Assembly (NCBI GenBank): GCA_024280495.1
Contig: JAJRPZ010000068.1
Span: 1-42,481, forward strand
Length of the DNA: 42,481 nucleotides
Source of the DNA: Alphaproteobacteria bacterium
Lineage (GTDB): Bacteria; Pseudomonadota; Alphaproteobacteria; Caedimonadales; UBA9215
Direction of reading: 5' to 3'
Positions within the stretch are counted from its first letter, which is position 1; the number at the start of each line of letters is the position of its first letter. Made by a program: the position numbers and the translations under genes. Below, in pieces: positions 17,385-25,901 of the stretch. A model generated the notes under the pieces. It worked only from the letters and a program-made list of their open reading frames with translations. It had not been told where the DNA came from and searched no databases.

Positions 17385-18230
17385 ATGCCTTCTAAAAACC
17401 CATCACTTAAGACCAAAATCGGTATTGTTGCTGGTAATGGTGATTTAGTGCGGGATGTTATTCAATGTTGTCTTTCTCAAAAAATCCCTTTTCATGTATT
17501 GGCTTATGAAGGACAAACTGACACCAAGCTTATCCAAAACACCCCACATACTTGGCTGAAATTAGGACAAGCTGGAAAAGCTCTCAAAACATTCAAGGAA
17601 AATAATGTAACAACTGTCGTCATGGCTGGTTACTTTAATCGTCCAAGTTGGAGTGATATCAAACCAGATATCAAAGGTGTCAAACTTTTATCAAAGCTTG
17701 TGGGAAAACCCATGGGGGATGATGGTCTTTTTCGAGTTATTATTGATTTTTTTGAGCAGGAAGGATTTGACGTCATAAGCCCCGAAGATATTATAGGGGG
17801 TGACACTCTTATTGCCGAAGGTATCCTAACTCAAAAAAAACCTTCGGAACAAGATTACATCGATATTCAAAGGGGCTTTAAAGTTGCAAAAGGCATTGGC
17901 CGCCTAGATATAGGACAAAGTGTTGTTATGCAAAATGGCCTTGTGCTTGGAGTCGAAGCCCTTGAAGGGTCCGATAACCTTATCAAACGTACTGCTGATC
18001 TAAAAGCAGATAAACAAGGTGGCGTTTTTGTAAAAGTCATAAAACCAGGTCAAGATACCAGAGTTGATCGGTCTGTCATTGGTCCTGAAACCGTTTTAAA
18101 TGCAGCTAATGCTGGCCTTTCAGGCATTGCAGCCGAAACTAAAAGCATCATAATTATCAACAAAGATCAAACCATTGCCCTTGCCAATGAAAAAGGGCTC
18201 TTTATTATTGGGATTTCCTATGACCTCTAA
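17385..18230 (+). CDS. lpxI: UDP-2,3-diacylglucosamine pyrophosphatase LpxI (DUF1009)
   Basis: KIGIVAGNGDLVRDV N-terminus, DIGQSVVMQNGLVLGVEALEGSDNLIKR, DRSVIGPETV. The ORF is open from GTG 17232, but that part overlaps the IS remnant. ATG 17385 gives the typical length of about 281 aa. Confidence 0.82.
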   Translation: MPSKNPSLKTKIGIVAGNGDLVRDVIQCCLSQKIPFHVLAYEGQTDTKLIQNTPHTWLKLGQAGKALKTFKENNVTTVVMAGYFNRPSWSDIKPDIKGVKLLSKLVGKPMGDDGLFRVIIDFFEQEGFDVISPEDIIGGDTLIAEGILTQKKPSEQDYIDIQRGFKVAKGIGRLDIGQSVVMQNGLVLGVEALEGSDNLIKRTADLKADKQGGVFVKVIKPGQDTRVDRSVIGPETVLNAANAGLSGIAAETKSIIIINKDQTIALANEKGLFIIGISYDL

Positions 18231-19425
18231 ATCAATATCCTCAACTGACTCTCAATGCAATTCAACCATTTACGTCATTGCAGGCGAAGAAAGCGGCGAT
18301 CAAATTGGGGGGGGCCTCCTTCGCGCTCTCAAAAAGAAAGCTCCTAAAGACACTTTGAAATTCGAGGGCGTCGGTGGTGACACTATGAAAGCAGAGGGGC
18401 TGCTAAGTCTTTTCCCCATGAAAGAGCTTTCCATTATGGGGCTCTTTGAAATTATTCCCCATGCCTTGAATATTTTTGCGCGCCTTAACCAAACCGTTGA
18501 AGATATCAAACGATTACGCCCATCCGTAGTTGTAACAATTGATGCTCCAGGTTTTAATTTTCGTTTGGCAAAACGCATTAAGGCCCTAAACATTCCAGTC
18601 ATTCATATCAGCGCACCCACGGTTTGGGCTTGGAAACCAAGGCGTGCCGAAAAAGTTGCGGGATATTTAACTCATCTTTTGACCCTTTTTCATTTTGAAC
18701 CACCTTATTTCACAAAGCATGGCCTAAAAACGACTTTCATGGGTCATCCACTTGTTGAAAAAAAACTAGAAGAATTATCAAAGACAACGTATCGCAAGAA
18801 CCATAAAATAAAAAATAAACAGCCCCTCCTCTGTCTTTTGCCAGGGAGCCGCCCCTCGGAAATTAAAACCCATTTACCTATTTTTTTGGACACTGTTGAG
18901 ATATTAAAACTGCAATTCCCAGATCTTGAAGTTGTTATTCCAACTCTAGAATCCTTTAAAAATCAAATTACATACGACCTAAAACAACGTGGTATTTCAG
19001 GATATGTAACCTCCGATGAAAATGAGAAATACCTTTCTATGGGTGCGGCAACTGTGGCTATTGCAACAAGTGGGACCGTTACTCTCGAACTTGGTCTGTG
19101 TGATACCCCTATGATTGTAGCCTATAAAACAAATAAATTGACGGCTATTATTGTTAAAAAAATGCTTATGACAAAGCACGTTTCTTTGGTCAATATTTTA
19201 CTAGAAAAAGAGGTGGTTCCAGAATTTTTACAAGAAGAATGCACCCCTGAAATTCTTTCTTTACGCCTCCATAAACTCCTAACTAAAAACTCAGAATGCC
19301 ATGAAATTCAAGAAAAAGAACTTTTAAAACTCTCTTCCCTCATAAAATCAGATGATAAAAAAATGCCAAGCGACATTGCAGCAGACATTATATTGGAACA
19401 TGTATCCAAAGACATTGCTCATTAA
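18220..19425 (+). CDS. lpxB: lipid-A-disaccharide synthase
   Basis: IYVIAGEESGDQIGGGLLRAL N-terminus and LLPGSRPSEI motif. ATG 18220 overlaps the lpxI stop by 11 nt. Confidence 0.92.
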   Translation: MTSKSISSTDSQCNSTIYVIAGEESGDQIGGGLLRALKKKAPKDTLKFEGVGGDTMKAEGLLSLFPMKELSIMGLFEIIPHALNIFARLNQTVEDIKRLRPSVVVTIDAPGFNFRLAKRIKALNIPVIHISAPTVWAWKPRRAEKVAGYLTHLLTLFHFEPPYFTKHGLKTTFMGHPLVEKKLEELSKTTYRKNHKIKNKQPLLCLLPGSRPSEIKTHLPIFLDTVEILKLQFPDLEVVIPTLESFKNQITYDLKQRGISGYVTSDENEKYLSMGAATVAIATSGTVTLELGLCDTPMIVAYKTNKLTAIIVKKMLMTKHVSLVNILLEKEVVPEFLQEECTPEILSLRLHKLLTKNSECHEIQEKELLKLSSLIKSDDKKMPSDIAADIILEHVSKDIAH

Positions 19426-19426
19426 T

Positions 19427-19891
19427 ATGGAAAATAGCATCCAGGATATTTTAACTCTACGCACCATGAAGCACCCCCTTTTAGCATTAGATCTTGGAGC
19501 AAAACGCATCGGTATTGCCCTTTCAGATCGCACTTGGGTTATAGCCAGCTCCCTTGATGTTATTGAGCATAAAAAATTTACTCTCAGTGCTGCAAAAATC
19601 TCAAATCTTATAACAGAACATAAAGCGTGCGCCCTTGTTATTGGCCTTCCTAAAAATATGGATGGTAGTAACGGGCCACGTGTTCAATCTATCAAAGATT
19701 TTGCTCGTAATTTTCATAAGCTTTACCCTGACATTCCTATTACATTTTGGGATGAACGCTTATCAACGGTTGCCGCTGAAGGCATTCTCATTAACGCCGA
19801 TGTCACTCGAAAAAAACGAAAAACAGTCATCGATAAAATTGCAGCCACTTACATTCTTCAAGGCTTCCTTGATCGTATAGGGTATATGTAA
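19427..19891 (+). CDS. ruvX: Holliday junction resolvase-like / pre-16S rRNA nuclease RuvX (YqgF)
   Basis: LLALDLGAKRIGIALSD, VIGLPKNMDGSNGP, WDERLST. ATG 19427 lies 1 nt after the lpxB stop. Confidence 0.9.
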   Translation: MENSIQDILTLRTMKHPLLALDLGAKRIGIALSDRTWVIASSLDVIEHKKFTLSAAKISNLITEHKACALVIGLPKNMDGSNGPRVQSIKDFARNFHKLYPDIPITFWDERLSTVAAEGILINADVTRKKRKTVIDKIAATYILQGFLDRIGYM

Positions 19892-19910
19892 AAGCCAGTT
19901 GGTTTTCACG

Positions 19911-19939
19911 TTGAATTTCCTTTGTTTTCTAGCTATAGT
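19911..19939 (+). promoter_or_regulatory. candidate sigma-70 promoter (TTGAAT-17 nt-TATAGT) for the OPA-family transporter gene
   Basis: TTGAAT at 19911-19916, a 17-nt spacer, TATAGT at 19934-19939, 27 nt upstream of ATG 19966. Confidence 0.45.
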
Positions 19940-19965
19940 ACCCTCAGTTTAAAGGCTGATTATTA

Positions 19966-21318
19966 ATGTATAAAGTACTTAAATCTTACTTTCTCTCCCC
20001 ACCAAGGGTTAGAGACCCTAACTTTATCACAAAGGAAGGTAAAAGCTATAGCTATTGGCGCCTGCGTATTTTATATACCACCATGGTTGGGTATGCCTGT
20101 TTTTATCTAATTCGTGCAAATTTTTCTATGGCTTTACCTGGTATCAGAGCCGAATATAATTTTTCTAATACTGAAATTGGTTATATTATTAGTGTAGCCT
20201 CCGTTGTTTATGGTTTTGGCAAGCTCTTTAATGGATTTTTAAGTGACAAATCAAATGCTAGATACTTTCTCCCCGCAGGATTAATTGGCAGCGCCATCAT
20301 GAATTTTGTCATGGGAAGCAGTGCTGGCCTTACTTTTTTCATTCTTTTTTGGGCTTTTAATTCTTGGTTTCAATCCATGGGATTTCCTCCAACGGCAAGA
20401 CTTTTAACCCATTGGTTCAGCCCCCGTGAGCTTGGAACCAAATGGTCCATATGGTCTTGTTCACATCAAATAGGAAGCGCTACTGCCGTCATTGTTTCTG
20501 GATATTTAGCCGTTGAATATGGCTGGCGCATGGTCTTTTATATCCCCGCTACCCTTGCCCTTGTGGTTAGTATTTTTCTATATAACCGCGTACGTGACAC
20601 ACCAGAAACCGTTGGCCTTCCTCCCGTTGAAGATTACAAAGGGGACATTAAAAAAGAACCTAGAACTGAAGGAAGCGGCCTCACAGTAAAAGATTTTGTG
20701 ACCATTATCCTCAAGAACAAACTCGTGTGGTACGTGAGTATTGCCAATTTATTCCTCTATATTCCTCGTATTGGAGTGATGACCTGGGCACCTACATTTC
20801 TCAAAGAATTTAAAGGAGCAGACCTTTTTCTAGCTGGTGGACAAGTCGCTATTTTTGATATTGCGGCAGCCTCTGGTGGCGTTATGGCTGGTTGGCTTTC
20901 TGATAAATATTTTCAAAGCCGCCGTGGACCCGTTGGAACCATGTATCTTGTTATGTTAGCTCTTGCTTTTTTTGTACTCTGGAAAATCCCAGCAAACCAT
21001 CCTTTCTTTGATACAATTGCCCTTGTCTTTGCAGGGTTTTTGCTTTCAGGTCCTCAGGTTCTTGTGGGTATTGCCATGGCCGACTTTACTTGTAAAAGTG
21101 TTGTGGGATCGGCCAATGGCTTTGCAGGATTTATGGCATATGTTTTTGGTGCATTAATTTCTGGTATTGGTGTTGGTAAACTCGTGGACATATGGGGGTG
21201 GCATGGCGCTTTTATCTTGTTCATTGCCTGCTCTCTTTTAGGAGCTTTTTTCTTTGCCTTAACTTGGAATGCAAAGCCTCGCAATAATGAAAAAGAGCAT
21301 ATTAGTCAAAAAAAATAA
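19966..21318 (+). CDS. MFS organophosphate:phosphate antiporter family (GlpT/UhpC/UhpT-like sugar-phosphate or glycerol-3-phosphate transporter)
   Basis: 450 aa. YWRLRILYTTMVGYACFYLIRANFSMALP and LSDKSNARYF match the N-terminal signature of GlpT/UhpC proteins. About 12 TM segments. Confidence 0.82.
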   Translation: MYKVLKSYFLSPPRVRDPNFITKEGKSYSYWRLRILYTTMVGYACFYLIRANFSMALPGIRAEYNFSNTEIGYIISVASVVYGFGKLFNGFLSDKSNARYFLPAGLIGSAIMNFVMGSSAGLTFFILFWAFNSWFQSMGFPPTARLLTHWFSPRELGTKWSIWSCSHQIGSATAVIVSGYLAVEYGWRMVFYIPATLALVVSIFLYNRVRDTPETVGLPPVEDYKGDIKKEPRTEGSGLTVKDFVTIILKNKLVWYVSIANLFLYIPRIGVMTWAPTFLKEFKGADLFLAGGQVAIFDIAAASGGVMAGWLSDKYFQSRRGPVGTMYLVMLALAFFVLWKIPANHPFFDTIALVFAGFLLSGPQVLVGIAMADFTCKSVVGSANGFAGFMAYVFGALISGIGVGKLVDIWGWHGAFILFIACSLLGAFFFALTWNAKPRNNEKEHISQKK

Positions 21319-21426
21319 ACCTTATCTTTTTCAACACCTTCCAAAAAAGCAAGTAATATATTCCTTTAGTTCTCCTGTGGTTATGGTTAAATGGAAAGAA
21401 TCATAATAATAAAAGCAGGATACTCC

Positions 21427-22287
21427 ATGAGACGCCTAAATATAGAGAAACCAAAATTTAGCTATATTATTGCCATTTTCCTTACAAGTGCCCTCCCTGC
21501 CTCAATCAGTATGGCTCAAATGGTAGATATGGATTTTCTAGAAAAAAATCAGTCGCAAGGCGCTGAAAACATTGAAGTGATCACTGATGAGGAAACTCTC
21601 TACAAAGGAAAAGCAACAGTTATGGATCCTTTTGAACCTATTAATCGCGGCATTTTTCATGTCAATTCTGTTTTGGATGCTTTATTAATTCGACCTCTTG
21701 CCTATGCATATCAAGATCTGGTGCCTGATTTCACAAAGGATCGCCTTTCGAGTTTTCTATCGAACCTAAGGGCACCCGTTATTTTTGTGAACGATCTTCT
21801 TCAAGGGGAAATTAAACAGTCTCTTGCAACCTTAACGCGCTTTTTAATCAATAGCACATTTGGTTTTTTTGGGGTTCTAGATGTCGCCTCTTACGCAGGC
21901 CTCGAAGCCAAAAACAATAATTTCGAAGAAACTTTCAGGCGCTGGGGAATAGCATCAGGTCCCTATATTGTATTGCCTCTCTTTGGACCTTCCAGCTTTA
22001 GAAACCTCGTGGGGGACGTGGCAGAGTTTTTTGTTGATCCTTACAACTGGTATATGCGAAATCATCACCGTAAGAAATTTTTTGGTCAACGAGGCGGTGT
22101 TCCTATTTACTCAAGAGCAGCTATTGTGTCCCTGATTGCTCGTGAAAAGGCCCTTGCCATTACGGAAAAATTGGATAAAACTGAAGATCCTTACGCACAG
22201 TACAGAATTTTATACATGCAAAACCGTTTAATCATCAATGCCATTGAGGAATCCGCAGTGCCCGATGATGTAATAATCAATCAATAG
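21427..22287 (+). CDS. mlaA: MlaA/VacJ family outer-membrane lipoprotein
   Basis: DPFEPINRGIFHVNSVLD... and GPYIVLPLFGPSSFRN are typical VacJ motifs. ATG 21427 has an AGGA RBS. The ORF track starts at 21391. Confidence 0.85.
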   Translation: MRRLNIEKPKFSYIIAIFLTSALPASISMAQMVDMDFLEKNQSQGAENIEVITDEETLYKGKATVMDPFEPINRGIFHVNSVLDALLIRPLAYAYQDLVPDFTKDRLSSFLSNLRAPVIFVNDLLQGEIKQSLATLTRFLINSTFGFFGVLDVASYAGLEAKNNNFEETFRRWGIASGPYIVLPLFGPSSFRNLVGDVAEFFVDPYNWYMRNHHRKKFFGQRGGVPIYSRAAIVSLIAREKALAITEKLDKTEDPYAQYRILYMQNRLIINAIEESAVPDDVIINQ

Positions 22288-22299
22288 AAAGAAATAACG

Positions 22300-22935
22300 A
22301 TGTCCTTTTTAGTAAAGTCATTTTTTTTGAAATTTTATTTTGTTGCTATAGCCCTTTTTTCGACATCGATTTTGGCAGCAACTCAAGAGAGCTCCAATGC
22401 TTTTGTTAATGAATTAGGAAACGACGTTATTTCTATTTTAAGAAATAAACATCAAAGCATGGCCGTACGGAAAAGTAACTTTCGCAAGGAAATTCGCGAA
22501 CATTTCGATCTTCCCTCCATTGGAAAGTTTATTATTGCTCGTTATTGGCGCCGCATGAATGATGCACAACATAAAAAATATATTAGCCTTTTTGAAGATG
22601 CAGTCATTGAAAACTACGCCTCACAATTTGATAATTACAAACAACAATCACTTGTCATTACTGGATCTCAAAAAACAAAGGATGGTGGCACGGTGATTAG
22701 CTCTGAAATTAGAACTCCTGGAAAAGGGACACCGTTGCACATTAAATGGAAGGTCTTTAAAACATCCAGAGGTCTCAAAGTACTTGATGTTATCGTGGAA
22801 AATGTAAGTATGAGCCTTACTTTGCGCAATGAATATTCTAGTGTTATTTCTTCCAGAGGAGGCAAAGTGGATAGTCTTTTCGTCTACCTTAAGGATAAAA
22901 TAAACGAAGATCGTGAAGAAAATAGAAAAAAATAA
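22300..22935 (+). CDS. mlaC: MlaC/Ttg2D family phospholipid-binding periplasmic protein
   Basis: Signal peptide. FDLPSIGKFIIARYWRRMNDAQHKKYISLFEDAVIENYASQF matches the Tol_Tol_Ttg2 pattern. Adjacent to mlaA. Confidence 0.8.
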   Translation: MSFLVKSFFLKFYFVAIALFSTSILAATQESSNAFVNELGNDVISILRNKHQSMAVRKSNFRKEIREHFDLPSIGKFIIARYWRRMNDAQHKKYISLFEDAVIENYASQFDNYKQQSLVITGSQKTKDGGTVISSEIRTPGKGTPLHIKWKVFKTSRGLKVLDVIVENVSMSLTLRNEYSSVISSRGGKVDSLFVYLKDKINEDREENRKK

Positions 22936-22963
22936 CGCCCCTTCACATATGAAGTTCGTCATT

Positions 22964-23004
22964 TATAGTCATTCCCCATAAGCAAAAAATTAATCAACTA
23001 TAAG
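22964..23004 (+). repeat. short or deleted copy E of the dispersed palindromic element
   Basis: TATAGTCATTCCCCATAAGC ... CTATAAG shares the left terminus TATAGTCATTCCC with copy B. Only about 40 bp long. Confidence 0.35.
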
Positions 23005-23013
23005 AACCTCTTT

Positions 23014-24387
23014 ATGCGTAAATTTTCTTTTCCTTCTTGCAGAACGTTAATAAAAGAAATTATTTTCTTGCTATTTTTATCTTGCTCCACCCTAAATAAT
23101 ATCTATGCAGCCCCCACAATAAAAGAAGGCGTCATCATTCGTGATGCTGAAATAGAATCAATCTTAAAGGAAATTATCAGGCCCATATTTAAAGTTGCTG
23201 GGCTTAACCCTAATCTAATTAATCTTTATATCGTTTCGAGCCCTGATGTTAATGCAGCTGCAAGTTTAGAAAATTCAATTTTCATCAATACGGGTCTTAT
23301 TACAAAAGCTGAACATGTATCAGAAGTTATTGGTGTTCTAGCCCACGAAACAGGTCATATTGCTTTGGGCCATATTGTGCGTTTACACGACAGTTTAAAA
23401 CAAGCCTCTCTTATTGCCATGGCCTCCATGGCCCTTGGTGCCGTTGCTGCCATTGCGGGCGCAGGACCCGAAGCCCTTATGGGAGGGTTTTATGCTGGAC
23501 AATCCATGGCTATGGGAGCCCTCACCCACTACACCAGAGGTCAAGAAGCAAGTGCTGACCAAGCGGCAATTCGTTATCTCAATCAATTGAACTGGAGTAC
23601 CGACGGCCTCGTGAGTTTTATGAAACAGCTCGCACGCCAGGAATATAGGTCCCTTGACCGTCAAAATGCTTATATGAGAACCCATCCACTCTCATCAGAC
23701 CGTGTGAATATGCTTGAAAATTCTATCAAAAAAACTGGTCGTCAGTCAAAATACATCCCGTCAACTTTGGAGAAACGTTTTCAGCGTCTCAAACTTAAAA
23801 TTATTGCGTATACGACGCCACCTCGTACATTACTTAAATCTTACCCCCTCCATGATCAAAGTAATGAATCCCAATATATACGTTCCATTGCCTATTACAG
23901 AGATGCAAAGTTAAAACAAAGCATAAACCAATTGAGCCCCCTCATCAAAGCAACCCCTAAGGATCCATTTTTACACGAGCTTAAAGGGCAAATTTATTTT
24001 GAAATGGGACGTATTTTACCGTCCTTAAAGAGTTTTGAAAAAGCTATTTCCCTAAGGCCTCAGGATGTTTTAATCCAAATTCCTTATGTACAAGCTTCCC
24101 TTGAATCTAAAAACCCACCTTTGAAAAGCCTCTTAAAACGCGTCTTTTTTATTCTAAAATCAGAATCTAAAAACCCTTTTGCTTGGAAAATGTTAGCTAT
24201 AATTTATGGGCGTCTTGGGAAAAAAGGTATGATGGCATTGGCCCTTGCTGAAAAAGAACTTACCCTTTCAAATTCTGAACGCGCCCTAAGACAAGCAAAA
24301 CGTGCGCTGTCTCTCACAAACTCTAAATTAGTTAAACTTCGTGCCAATGATATTATTTTGATGATGGAAAGTGCCGAAGAGTCCTAA
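23014..24387 (+). CDS. M48 family zinc metalloprotease with a TPR-like C-terminal half (BepA/YfgC-like)
   Basis: LAHETGHIALGH (HExxH) and a downstream glutamate in GQEASADQAA. N-terminal signal or anchor. Helical repeat C-terminus. Confidence 0.82.
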   Translation: MRKFSFPSCRTLIKEIIFLLFLSCSTLNNIYAAPTIKEGVIIRDAEIESILKEIIRPIFKVAGLNPNLINLYIVSSPDVNAAASLENSIFINTGLITKAEHVSEVIGVLAHETGHIALGHIVRLHDSLKQASLIAMASMALGAVAAIAGAGPEALMGGFYAGQSMAMGALTHYTRGQEASADQAAIRYLNQLNWSTDGLVSFMKQLARQEYRSLDRQNAYMRTHPLSSDRVNMLENSIKKTGRQSKYIPSTLEKRFQRLKLKIIAYTTPPRTLLKSYPLHDQSNESQYIRSIAYYRDAKLKQSINQLSPLIKATPKDPFLHELKGQIYFEMGRILPSLKSFEKAISLRPQDVLIQIPYVQASLESKNPPLKSLLKRVFFILKSESKNPFAWKMLAIIYGRLGKKGMMALALAEKELTLSNSERALRQAKRALSLTNSKLVKLRANDIILMMESAEES

Positions 24388-25748
24388 TTAAGCTTAGCTG
24401 TTCTCCCCATAAAATATGAAAAGCTTGTGCGTTTCCAAAGTAATAACGTTAACATGGGTAAACATAATAAAGTTGTCATCATATAATAATTTTCCCACAC
24501 CATGAAATCTGCAAAATATCCAGAAAAATAAGAACAGACGACCCGCGCGAGAGAAGCAAGGGAAGTCAAGAAAGCAAAGTGAGTTGCAGCATAGGGACCT
24601 CGACACACAAGAGATAAATAAGCAATGAATGCTGCAAAACACATCCCATTGGCAAAATTATCTAACCCAATGGTCGCAAACAAAAAGTAAAAATTATTAC
24701 CCACATGAGCTTGCATGGAAAATAATAGAGATGCCGCTAATTGAAGTAAGCCACAAAACACCAAAGTCTGACGCAGAGGGCGTTGGGAAAGCATAACACC
24801 CGCAATTAATCCCCCAATAATCATGGCACTAATACCAAAAGATTTACCGACATGGGCGATTTCTATTTTTGTAAATCCTATTTCAAGTAGAAATGGCATG
24901 GTCATTACATTCAAAAATGTGTCTGCCAATTTAAAAAAGAAAATATAAAGAACAACAACCAGTCCATCGGGACGTCCTCTCAAAAATGAAGTCGTATGTT
25001 TTGCACCATAAACAAATAAATGAAAAATAGAACTGAAAGAAATTTCTTTTAAGTCAAAAAGTCGTCCCTTCTTCAAAAAAGGGATTGCATTATTATCTTG
25101 TTCTTGGGCAATTTCTGGAGTGTCAGGCTCGTTGCTCAATAATGAAGTGACAAGACCAACTACCATGAAAGCTGCCATCATGGCATACACGGCAAACCAA
25201 GAAAATCCAGAAGCCAGATATAAAGCCCCTGCCCCTGAAACCCACATACCCAAGCGATAACCAAGATTAGAAGCCCCCGCCCCCATCCCCGTTTCTTCAA
25301 GGGAAAGGCGCTGTACTCGATAGGCTTCAATACAAATATCTTGGGTTGCTGAAAAAAAGGAAACACCAAAAGCAGCACAGGCTGTCAACCATATGTTATC
25401 AGCGGGATTAGTGGCGCCCAAAAGAATAAGGGCCAATATTAAACAGAGTTGACTCAATAGCATCCAGGATTTTCGGCGTCCAAAAATCGATGTCACAAAG
25501 GGGATGGAAAGGTGATCTAACAGTGGCGCCCAAACAAATTTAAAACTGTAGGGAATCGTAACTAGGGCAAAAAGACCAATGGTTGCTTTTGTCACACCAA
25601 CTTCCGTCAGCCAAACATGAAGGGTAGCAAGAGTTAAAAGAAAGGGAAGTCCGCTGGAAAATCCTAAAAAAAGGATTCCTAAAATTCGAGGCTCTTTATA
25701 GAGCGCTGCGCTTTTATACCATTTTTGTTGGCGGTCCAAACCTGACAA
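24384..25748 (-). CDS. ampG: AmpG family muropeptide MFS permease
   Basis: ILFLGFSSGLPFLLTLATLHVWLTEVGV N-terminal signature, multi-TM. Its stop overlaps the convergent M48 stop by 4 nt. Confidence 0.82.
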   Translation of the reverse strand: MSGLDRQQKWYKSAALYKEPRILGILFLGFSSGLPFLLTLATLHVWLTEVGVTKATIGLFALVTIPYSFKFVWAPLLDHLSIPFVTSIFGRRKSWMLLSQLCLILALILLGATNPADNIWLTACAAFGVSFFSATQDICIEAYRVQRLSLEETGMGAGASNLGYRLGMWVSGAGALYLASGFSWFAVYAMMAAFMVVGLVTSLLSNEPDTPEIAQEQDNNAIPFLKKGRLFDLKEISFSSIFHLFVYGAKHTTSFLRGRPDGLVVVLYIFFFKLADTFLNVMTMPFLLEIGFTKIEIAHVGKSFGISAMIIGGLIAGVMLSQRPLRQTLVFCGLLQLAASLLFSMQAHVGNNFYFLFATIGLDNFANGMCFAAFIAYLSLVCRGPYAATHFAFLTSLASLARVVCSYFSGYFADFMVWENYYMMTTLLCLPMLTLLLWKRTSFSYFMGRTAKLN

Positions 25749-25846
25749 TTGAGAGCCTTTAATGGATGAGCTTCTTATCCGTATAGTTAAGCAGGATATA
25801 GCTTATAATCCAAGCAAAAAGAAGAGTATGGATAATAATCAAATCT

Positions 25847-25862
25847 TGGCACAAAATTTGCA
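25847..25862 (+). promoter_or_regulatory. sigma-54 (RpoN) -24/-12 promoter upstream of fliD
   Basis: TGGCAC-AAAAT-TTGCA, with exact GG-N10-GC spacing. Located 40-55 nt upstream of the fliD start candidates. Confidence 0.65.
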
Positions 25863-25901
25863 TTGTATTTGATGAATAGTTTTTTATAAGAGAGATGTGA
25901 A

